A stretch of 64,000 nucleotides of DNA from Phoronis australis. Taxonomy: Eukaryota > Animalia > Phoronida. Shown here one piece after another: positions 39,701 through 51,600 of the stretch (the stretch's first letter is position 1; each line of letters starts with the position of its first letter). The position numbers and the translations under genes were made by a program. The stretch spans positions 129,559-193,558 of the forward strand of contig NMRA01000520.1 of the NCBI GenBank assembly GCA_002633005.1, given 5' to 3'. The notes under the pieces were generated by a model. The model made no database searches. It was not told the DNA's origin and worked only from the letters and a program-made list of their open reading frames with translations.

Positions 39701-42524
39701 ATGAAACAAAGCTAACTGCAACATCCACATTTTTCGAAATAAAATTTTTTGGTGGGACAATAAATAATATTGAAATGCTATGCTTATTTTCAATTTATGG
39801 TGGGGACCAAGAAAATCATTATAATGTTGATTGGTTATTAGCAGTGATGCTCTCTTTTGTAAACAGTACTACAACTAAAAGCACTAACACAATTATATCT
39901 CTACTTTACGAATAGTAGTTAACCCAGTGAAATTTGTTTCATTGTCGCAACATAGTTTAGAGTCATGCGTAGCGCAGTGCCGAAATAAACAAAAGACCCG
40001 GAACGCCCAAGTCTACGTCTTGAAAATCTCAATCGTGGTTCTACGTGTACGTTTTTGCTTAAAAAACAGCACGGAAATGAAAAGAATTTGTGAGGGTACA
40101 CTGTAGGTAAGATATGGATAAAAGAACGAAAAAGGATCAAATCATTTCTTGGTCTGGCACATCAAATATTGTAGGTGACAACATGGGTGAAAATCGTTGT
40201 CAGGCAACATATTGAAAGCACCCTATACACGTAGCTTATGACCCGAGAAACCTAAAACTGTGTTCGAAACTAAAGAGGTATCAAAGAACATACATGTACA
40301 TGTACCTACCCAACTGGATGGACTTTGCCGTCACTTTTGTAGAACGAAGGGTCGCCTTTGTACGCGTATTCATCTTGCACACCCCACCGGAGGTGAGCGA
40401 ATTCATGCGCTATGGTCTTGCCTGTGTTGAGATCATATTGTGAGGCTGGATTTTTAAGCCAACTTGGTAGTACTTTAAAGATACTCCATCAGTTTCATTT
40501 TAGTTAAAAACTTCAAAAAACAGAATTGAACGCCAATTAGTTCAGTTCCAACGTAAACTCAAATCACGTTCATTCAACCCAATTCCAATTATTTTCAATT
40601 TTATTTAATGCGCACCACCACTTACATGTACATGTACAATGGCAGTCGTAGTGAGTGATAGCTGACTCACGCATTATGGGTACTCACTCAACTTCCGCTG
40701 TATAAATGAGGCTGCTGTGGAATCCTTGGTCAGATTTAAAACAAATAAAATTGGAAATAAAAAACGCAAACACAAACAAGGATGAAAGTTACAAAATATT
40801 GATATTTTAATGTTTTGTTTGACAAAATCGGCCTGTGAACAAGTTCTTGAAGGTAAAAGTAAAATATCTTTAAATGGTTTTGATTGATACAAAGAACCGT
40901 TCTTTGTTCTTAACTTTTATGCCACACACCACGAATAGCAATGCGTGAAAAAAATCGAGTCACATCATTCCAGAAGTGGGTGGTTATGAAGAAACCACGA
41001 CTTATCCCCCTAGTGAACCAAGACTCTCTACAAAGTAGATAATTGGTTGTGCTTGAACGTTGTACGGGACCTTGAAATTTTAATACAATTGTCCATCTTC
41101 GGAAGATCATACCACCGAAATTCTTAAACCAAATTACGGGTTGTTTCAATACGCTCCACAGTACTTTTACATCAGGGAAAACAAAAAAATTGAAGACTCT
41201 TATGGTCTTGAAGAACAATCTTAAAAATACCATAAAACGACCACTGACGTCATACATCTGAGTGGTACATCCATGCACATGACCATATACAGGTGTATAT
41301 GACTATATTTATCCAACATAAGTGAAAACACGGATGCTATATACGTGACGTTTTTAACTATGAAATACAGGGAAGTAGAGCCAATCGGTAAACGACAATA
41401 GAAGCCGTATGCAGCGGTAGAAACCGTAAATGTATTTCACGGTTGATGAGCAGTTTCCTTGTTGAGTACATTTAGGTGTGCAATGCTAAATTTGATTGAG
41501 TTTGTTCCTCTAAATACAGACAAAGTAGCGATGAAACTTCCGACGCACGGTGATCAGGCGGCTATTTTCAGTGGGCCTCACTGAAGTTTCAGTCTGTGCC
41601 ATCATCAATAGGTCAAGCTGAATAGCGTCCCTGGCAACCAAAATCAACCAAGAATCTCATTCAAATCCAACGAAAACGTTTCGTTACGGATGCATACGGT
41701 ACATTAATATGAACACTGAGAGATGAGGTCTTTACAGGAAATTGTGACATAGTATCGAGAATGTGTTTTTACTGAGACAATCCTCTTCTCGCAGCGTTTA
41801 ATTCTCCGTCGCTGCGGGTCGTAGTATGTGATTCAGTCCTTGCCTCAAGTTCAGCAAATCAGCACAATTTCCTCCGTTATTTTCCAATGCTGTGATCAAC
41901 ACGGGGAAATGTTTCTATTAATGTTTACGCTCCAGAAGCTGAGCCAGGAAAACAGAAAACAGAAAGCTAAGAAATTCATCAAGGCCCAAACGTCGCACTG
42001 CTGCACAGCTGTTCAGGGAATGTTTCAAATTTTATATTCCCGTGTGGATTCTTTCTAAGTTTCCGACAAACTTTCGATATTATTGAATAGTTCAGTGTTT
42101 TAACTTGTATATTTCACAAACTGAAAACTCTGATCAATTTATGATGAAATAAAACTTAACAGGTTGTTCAACATTTTCACAGTTAGTCTTATCACTTAAC
42201 AGTGACATAATTCTCTGGAGAGAGTGTGGTCACTTATATCAAGGAGAACAGATTTGGGTACCATAGTTGGCATATAATTATGTACATATGACGTCATATA
42301 ACAACAAGCAGGAGCACACGGCAGCAGTATTGCCGCGATGATGCAAAGAAGTCCATATACATGTGTATGGAATAAATAGGATATCCTACATACATGTACA
42401 TGGGAATACTACTGCTATGTCCTCAGAATCTCGAAGTCATTTCATCTGGGAATGTCCCAACTCCATAGGAAAGGGTAGGATATGATATGGCATTAGTATT
42501 CCTATGTATGTGGATCGCATAATC

Positions 42525-42609
<85 letters not shown>

Positions 42610-45600
42610 ATACATTCACTGCAAAATAGAACACTCACTGATAATTTTTGAGTGGTCTATAATTAATGAATTCGCGTGTGTTGTATTGACCCTATTAAGC
42701 ATTCAATTAAGATTTTTTTCGATTCTCACTTATATATGGAAAGCTCATTAGAAGGTGTTGAAATTGAAACGATATACATTGTATGATATTTTTTAATTAA
42801 GATATTGTGATAGCGCTTTTGATGCTCCATCGTGAGCATTGACGTTATGAATACTGCTAACAACGTGGTCCATTTTGTTCTGCCACATTATACCAAAATG
42901 ATGTGGCCACAGTGTCATATTAGTGACAGACTGGCAATAATTCAACAACTGCTAAGTGGATGACTACGAAGTCGGCTATATGTATACTTACCATACGGAC
43001 CCCAATATTTAAGGCTACGGACCTCACTCAAAATGTAGTTTGGTGTCAAATGCATGAACATTCCAGCCTTCCCACATGCAGCATATCCCAGAACATACGG
43101 GGTATCGCTATCGCCCTTGTCAATTAAGATGTTCGCTAGAAATATATAATGCCCTGTTATTGCAAAGTTACCACACGAAATACATGATTATGACTATCTC
43201 TCTCCGTCTCCCCCTCCCACACACTCTCTCTCATATCCCTCTTCTCTCCTGTTCCTCTCCCTCATCTCTCCCACCTTTTTCTATCTCCCTCTAGCTCGTA
43301 ATTTGTCAGAAAGTAGCTTCAACTTTTGAATTCGGTTGATTGGGCAAATACATGTATATCTAGGCTTTAGTTGGTAACAAGAAGGTACACAAAAACTTTG
43401 GCTCCACTCATTCCAAAACTCCTTAGTGAATCTATTTCAAGTACGTTATAACTTACAAAGGTTCCACACAATCTTTTCAGACAACAATGTATGTAAGCAG
43501 CTATCAGTTATTGTTTTAAGACACAAGGATATTACCAACCTGTTTCAAAATTCTGCTGCTTTGCCCTTTTGAAGTCAGGTTTCTTTTGCCATGATGGCGG
43601 GACGAGAATGGTAATGTCGCGGAAGAAAACCCGGTTTTTGGTGGCACGGAAAATAGCTCTCGATCCCTCTGTGAATATTTGCTGGGATAAAAATAATATT
43701 ATGAAGATAATACAAGTACATTGGCAATCACAACCACAAGTTTAGAATAGTGATCTTAGCGTGAGTTCTAAGCCTTGTTCGAACAGGTCGTCCTAGGTCC
43801 GTATGTGAGTTAACTCTTGGCACTTGTTCCCTGAGATATGTGCTATTAATATTACCTGTCACACTCATTTGATCCAAAAATTCATTTAGATACAACACAA
43901 ATAATAATGGGCTGATCATGCAACCCTGTCGAGTACCAACAGTACAATCAGAGAACTCTGTAAAACCACCTTGAGTTTTCAAATAAGTGCGCAACTTACT
44001 ATACATAGAGCGCATTATGCTGAAAATTTTACCCTGCACATCAATGTTTTTCAATCTATGGAATCCCTCCACCACGAAATGAGTCGTAATGCACCTCAGC
44101 TCAATCTTCAGGAGAGGCCAATGTACATGTAGTGCTGGGGGTCGAAAGTAGCGAAATTTGATTTTTGGCTTAAAATGACTCCTAAGTTTATAATAAAGCA
44201 TAATTCGGTTTAGTTTTCATTTATTTTTAATCCAAATTGTCACAAAAGCGGCATTTACTGCGTCTTATCAACTCTAAATGACCTCCAGGTCATCAAATAA
44301 TATGCGACTTCAGTCCGCTTGAAAAAACCTCACCCCCATTAAAAATGCTGACACCTACTGAACTTTGTAGAAAAAAGGTCTAAACACGATGTTTCGGCAA
44401 TTCTGATTGGCTAACCTAGCAAGCACAAAGGGAAATAAACAATTCTTGACCCAGATTTTAGTAAACAAATTCGTTGTTAGGTTCGGTATTGGCTTTTTTC
44501 ATTGGTTAAAGTAGTCACGTGACTGTTTTTGGCCAATGAGAGTGTATTATGACGTCATTCATCGTTGTTAATTCGCAATGGCTGCCTCCAGAGGAAACCA
44601 GTGTGGTTGCTGAAGCTCTAAATATAGCTCGTGCAGCGAATATTTTGGACGAAAAAGATACGGAAAATGTCAGGGAATTAATCTGTGATTATTTTTTTGC
44701 ACCTAATGACAGTTTTTGTGAAGATTCTGATGAAGGAGAGGAAATCATGGACTCGAGTCCACCAAATGAGTTGGACAGTGAGTTTAGCGATGCTAGTGGC
44801 AGTGAGAGCGGTGATGAACTTGTTCATGCAGCGGTGGTCACTTTAGATTTGGATTATGAAGAAAATAGTGTCTTGAACCCTGACAATGAACTAACCAAAG
44901 TACAAAACTTCGACTGCCACTGCAAAAACAGAAACTCTGCTGCGGCTGCAGGTGACAGTACGTCACCCAATCCAAGTAAAAGTGGCTGTATTGGACAGTT
45001 TTCCTGTGACGAAGTTATAGTGAAACGATTGGAAATGGCAGAACTGAAGTAACTGTTAAGTGTCCGCGTGTCAGAAAATGAACATAATAAGTACCTGTTT
45101 AACAATTTGGTGGAAATCAAGGGAGCCCATTGAATCCTGTGGGTCATACAAAACTTGCAGAAAAAGTATCACCTACCCGCAGTTTTTGGTACACGGATGC
45201 GGTCATCTTGTCATCATGTTTGACCCCTGGCGGTGCATCCTACTTCACTAATACTAATTGCTAAGTTAACGGATTTGGATTTCTGTTTTTCCTGTTTTAC
45301 ATAATTTAAACTGTTTACAAAGAATATGAAAAATGCAATTTTTGTTGGGGCATCTTTACTTTTTCACCTCTGCAGCTGGATACTGAAGCTTTAGAATTTC
45401 ATATTGATTTATCATGGCTCTGTTGTCAAAAACAAAACACAGATAAATGATTTGTGATTCACAATGTCTCTTTTTCTGACTTACACACCTAATGGTAAGG
45501 ATTGTTATTACATTTAAGGAGAAAAAGACATGATGAGTCTTGGCATCTTAGCACTGGCCCGCTGACACGTTCTGCCAAGCCATCTCGATGTAAAACACGA

Positions 45601-48600
45601 CATCGTCGGAGGACTACATACATCGTTGATTCAAGAATTGTCTGCAGGGAGACATTTAAATTCGTCTGTGGGTATGGAACATATAGCTTACTGAAACTTT
45701 AGCATTTAAGCAATGTTAAGCCAAAAAGAATAAATGGTTGTATGGATACTCTTCTACTATGGCCAAATTAGAAGTTTATTTAAATTAATTGATTTTAAAG
45801 ATACATCGGGTGAAATCTCGTAGTGTTTGTCATGTCATTTATCTTACATTTTCAAATGTTTCAATTAAAAATAATTTCAAATTCTCAAAATTTATTTCTA
45901 CTCGTTTTTTTCTAGAATTAGTCAGTGTCAGAATATAGTCTAACATTATTATTAGTTGTATTGTTTTGTTTTGTTATTCAGTTTGATTTGCATGACCCCT
46001 GAGTTAAGTACAATGATGATGTAATTTGTTTACTACAGAATAGTATGGAACTTTCTAGAAGACTGAGGTCAGAACAGTGATGATGTAATTTGTTTACTAC
46101 AGTATAGTGTGGAACTTTCTAGAAGCCTGTAGCATGACAGTGATTGATGAAGTCTGGAATATTCTAGAGACTAGTACATGTTTGTAGAAAGATTGGGTAG
46201 GTTCCAGAAAGTTCTGGTGTGTGCTTGAATTGATGAAAAGTTCCAGAACAATGCATTAGGCTATAAATACACAAGCACGGGTTTGTGTTAGTCAGTTTAA
46301 GTCACTTGAGTCCAAGGAGATCACGTCAGTTCAAGAGAAGATCAAGTCAGTTCAAGTAAGTTAATCAGGAGAACTACAGTTGAGTTGCAGTGAAGAGAAT
46401 CAGCAGTTACAGCGATAGTCAATAGAGAGCCAGCTACAGAGACAGCAGGTTATTGAATCGAGTGTAACAGTTAATTGCTGGAAGTATCTCAGAAGTTCAA
46501 TACAAGTCAAGGCTTCGCAGCACTGGCTGGAGTATAAACAGACATTACGTCGGACGTTTTGGTTGAGTAGGCTTGTGAACGTACGGTCGGGATTAATAAA
46601 GGATTAACTCGAACCAGTCTTCAGTCAATCTTCGCACCGAAAGTTATTAGCACCGGTCTGCAACAACCTGCGCCCACCCACACACGGGGAAAAACGTGAC
46701 AGTCAGAATAAGTTAACTGCGCTGTTGAAGCACTACGAAAAGAATGGTTTGGTGCCGAGAATAAAAAAGTGTGGTGGGAGGAGGTTCAACACCAAGTCGT
46801 TATCACCTGAGGACACAGAGAGAATTGTCCACTTCCTGCTGCAGTTTGCAGAGGACCATGCATTGGTCTTACCTGGTCGAGTACCTGGCTTCAAAAGGAC
46901 AGATGTGCGCATCCTGCCATCCGTGCACACTAAAGCTTCCCTGTGGCGGTTTTATCGTGACCTTGCTGTACGGAGAGGTATGTGAATTACATCACTGAGC
47001 CAACTTTGCTGAGCTATGTGCTGTAGTGGTGCGACATTAGTAAATTTTATCTGATGTTTAAGCATCAATTGCTTTACTTTAAACATATTATTAAATAACC
47101 ATAATATTTTAAAATGTTATTCAAAGGAAGTTGATGGAACACATATGTTCTTTAAGACTGTAGTAATTACTATAAACTTGATTTCAGGATTTCATCACTG
47201 ACTTATAAATGTTACAAAATTTTCTAACTTTTAGTAGGTGATTTTCCAAACTGAGTTATTGAAAACACCGTAATAATTTGATCAAATAACTGTCAAGTTT
47301 TGATATGAGCATATCACTCTATTTGTTTAGGTCATCGACCAGTTGGAAAATCTACATTTTTCAAGATCTGGAAGGAACATGCGCCATTCAATGTTGTTGG
47401 TCGCCCTATGACAGATCTGTGCTGGAAGTGCAAAGAAAACAACGAGAAAATACACAGAAGTGCTAACCTCACTGAGCAACAGAAGCTGGCACTGTTAGTG
47501 GAACAATTTCAACACTTAAAAATTGTGGAAAACGAGAGGAAATTTTACAATGATCTTGTCAAGACTTGCAAAGCTGTTGCAGCTACTGAAGGAATTTCGA
47601 GTGTTGGGCCACATCATCCGAACTTTGGTGAATTTAGGTTTCACTATTCTTTTGATTTTGCCCAGCAGGTGCATCTCCCACGCAGTCCTCTGCAGCCTGG
47701 GCCATTGTACTTCCTTGTGCCTCGCAAAGTTGGAATTTTTGGCATTTGTGATGATGGACTGCCGCAACAAGTGAACTACCTCATAGATGAAGGGATGAGT
47801 CCGGGAAAGGGATCAAACATGGTGGTTTCCCTCCTACACCATTTCTTTGAGAACTTTGGCATTGGTGAGAAATATATGGACCTGCATTGCGATAACTGCA
47901 GTGGGCAGAACAAAAACAAGTATGTACTGTGGTACATGGTGTGGCGCACACTTCGTGAACTTCAAAGTGAAATCACAATAAATTTTATGGCTGCAGGTCA
48001 TACCAAATTTGCGCCAGATTGGTGTTTCGGTTTATTGAAAAAAAAAGTTCATTCGATCCGAAGTGCACTCACTTGAAGAACTTGGTAGAGTGGTTGAGTC
48101 CAGCACACTTAAAGGCATAAACAAGGCGCAGCTCATTGGTTCACAGAAACAGGACATTTATGTTGAAGTATATGATTGGCAGGCATTTCTGGAACCCTAT
48201 TTCAGGCCAATCTAGGGTATCAAGTCGTTCTATCATTTTCGTTGTTTTGCTGACCAGCCAGGCAAAGTGTTTTATAAAGATAGACTAGATGATGTGGAGA
48301 AGGAGTTTCAGGTGGCCTCTAGTCCTGATACCGCCAGGGCATTGCTCACGGGACTGCCTGATGCAATTACTCCACCTGGAATTCCAGCTGCGAGAAAGGA
48401 GTACCTGCGCACCAGAATTAGGCCGTTTGTGCGAGACACAGAAAGAGACATTTTGTGCCCATAAGTAAACTGAACTTTATGTAACCCTAGATCTCCACAA
48501 CCTGTTTTAACTCATCATGTTGTTACTGGTTCAAAACATTGATTACAAAGCTTTGAATGTGGACGTTAGTGCCAGAAGTTGTTGCATATAATCCTTCATA

Positions 48601-51600
48601 ACTTTCGTTAACATGGTCAGATCTGAAAACGGTTTTCACCATTGAAAAGAGCCTGAAAATTTCTCCCAGAAAGTGTAAAAAGTAAAAATGTCCATTTGGT
48701 GTATTACGACTCATTTTGTAGTGGAGGGTCACTTTATTTTATTATGTGGGATTCGATCGAATGCCTTCGAGAAATCTACATAGGCACAGTAAAATCTCCT
48801 AGCCTGCCGAATCAAATACTTGTGGCACATAGCTTGAAGTGTATTACACTTGGTCAATCGTAGAGTAGCCTTTTCTAAGCCCATCTTGAGACTCATAAAG
48901 TTCATCATTATTTTCAGTCCAGTAATAAAACGATCATTTAAAAGTCTGGTAAAAAGTTTTCCTAAAGCAGACAACAGGGAGATACCTCTACAGTTATTTT
49001 CGTCATTGATATTGCCTTGTTTATGTACTGGAGTAAGCACTGCGTCACACCATGTCTGGGGATAACACCCAGAATCAAAGATTGCATTAAGAAACTTATG
49101 CAAGACTGGCACTATCGTTAACTTTGTGCACTTCAGTATTTCAAAGATCACGCCATCATTACAACCAGCCTTGCCATTAGGCAATTGTTCAATGACCTCA
49201 TGTATTTCAGAAGGCAAGAAATCAGTATCAAGATCAGTTGGGACATTTTTACTACACTTTTCACACATGTTCAATCATTTCCTGCCGGGCAAACTGACTC
49301 AAAGACTCGTCAATACAGCAGTTTTGATTCAATAAATCCTTGAAATAGTCGTGACAATTCTGCAGACTAAATCTAGAAGACATACGGGATGTCCAAATAT
49401 TGGATTTAATCATTTTCCAGAACTCCTTACGGTTATATTTGGAACGTTTAATGGCTTCAATGAGTCGGGCTTCATATGCTTTCTCTTTCTGTTTAAACAG
49501 ATCACGGAAAGCTTTATTTTTTACTTTATACATGTTAAGGTAAAAGATAGAAGAGTTTTTTCGAAACAGCTTTAAAGACCATATTTTTGCTCGTTTGGCC
49601 GAAGTCAATTCATCATCCCACCATGGTTGCTGCTTTGTCCAGGAGTTTCGATTTAATTTAGTCTTACTATCCGTAGATGTACGAGTTTTCATAGTAGATA
49701 CGGCCGACTGCCACAGCAAATCTGTTATGTATCTGACCGCATTATCTAGATTGCCACTAGCCACCGAGCTATCCACGGTCGCCGTACAATTCTCAGCACC
49801 AGTTGAAAAAACATGAGAGAATGCCTGTGCATTAGAGCTGTCCCACTGATTCCGGCTATGCGGGTTTAACGATGGAACCATAGGAGGATTGATCTCTGAC
49901 CTACAACACCTAAACTTACAAATAACTGGTTGATGATCAGATTCATCCCATTCATCCACAAAAAATCCTCTACTAAATCAATTAGTTGCCGCGTAGATAG
50001 CAATTCATAATCCTTTAAACTACGTCCACCTCCCGACAGACAGATAAACTCACCCCTAGTGTCACCGGGGAAACGACCGTTGACAATATGCATACTAAGT
50101 TCGTGACATAACTCAATGAGAGTTTTACCGAAATTGTTTATACTAGGCAAATTAAATGTTTCCGCTTCAAAGCAGTCCTGGCATCGAAAATAGTTTGGGC
50201 AATCATCTAAAATGAAGTATACAATATTTCCTGTTCTGGCATTGAGATCGCCCACAATAGCCAACGAACAAGCACTGAAACGATCAGTGAAGTTGGTAAT
50301 CTCTCTATGCAACAATAATACACCGCTGTTCTCTGGTCAACCTCTGCCATTGGAATATGAACTTGAACCTTCAGGGGGTAAGTAAACAAAGAACCTCAAA
50401 ACATCCTGAACAACACCAAATAGTTCCCTCTCGCATTTCAAACAAATATCAAAGGGAAAATGTGAATGTATGCGCTTGAAATGTTTAGAAATTGACTGTT
50501 TAATGAAAATGCAAACGCCTCCAGAGTATCTACCTTTTCTTTTTTTCTTATTATAACAGATTAAACGAGTCATAGCCTGACAACTTAAATTGATCTGAGC
50601 GTTTTACCCATGTTTCACAGATACAAATTATGTTCTAAGTGCATAAGTACATTTGGAGTTCGTCCCTAACAATAATTATTTTCTAATCCTTGTACATTCC
50701 AAGAAACCATTGAAAGTGTAGGGCCATGGCCTGACCACTAGTAACCTGCTGCGCCATTCACTTCAGGTCCGTAAACAGCAGTTTGCGGGGTTGTCCAGAA
50801 TCCATAACCATGGGCTTGTGCTCCATCACCTCGTCTGATTCGACATTGTATACATACATGTAAGCACGACCTCGATATATTAATTTGTCGCACCAAGTCT
50901 TTGAATTTTTCTAGTTCTTACCACGTCAGAATTCATACAGACGCCGCCTCACATTCTTCACAGGTGCGTAGAAGTCCTGATTGACGAAGATATCAGTGTT
51001 ATTGTTCTTCTTATTCTGTAGAACCCTGTCTTTATCGGGAGAGGTTTGTTTGCAGTTTTGCGATCAAGTCTGTGAGCTCGTTCGATTATGACACCATCAA
51101 CATCCAGGCAGTCTTTCAAAAAGTCGGTAACTTTGGACTCAGACTGTTCCCAAGATTCGTGATTCTCCTCCGGTATGCCATGAGAGATCAAGTTGTCGCG
51201 TCTTGATCGATCCCCAGGTAGTCTAATTTAGATTCAAGATTTTCACCTTTTCATGTAGACGACGATTTTCCTCTCGTGTTGCGTAGTAGTCTTGTCGCAG
51301 AGCATCTAGTTCTTTAAATACATCTGATTTCAAGTTCTCAAATTTATCATTCAAAAGTTTCAATAGCCCCCAGTTAGAAATGTCAGCCGGGTTTGTGGCC
51401 TACTAATAGTTGGAGTGTTGTTGGGAGGCATGGTGAGACATCAATTTAGTTAACAGTAGCGTAGTAGTGAAGCTCAAGGTATGTTGGTTATATAACTTGC
51501 ATTTTATCTCGCCAGTTATCTATGCATTTACAAACTGGATCAATTAAAGATCACTTTCAAACACTCCACGAACAAAAAAATTCTGGTTTAGATATTGCTG

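Larger units (their letters stand above)
44065..48728 (+). mobile_element. Sola-superfamily (probably Sola2-like) DNA transposon, full length but disabled
   Basis: 31-bp TIRs ccctccaccacgaaatgagtcgtaatgcacc / ggtgtattacgactcattttgtagtggaggg (28/31). Transposase motifs [18 protein letters not shown] and [12 protein letters not shown]. Subgroup assigned from memory of the motifs. Confidence 0.85.
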
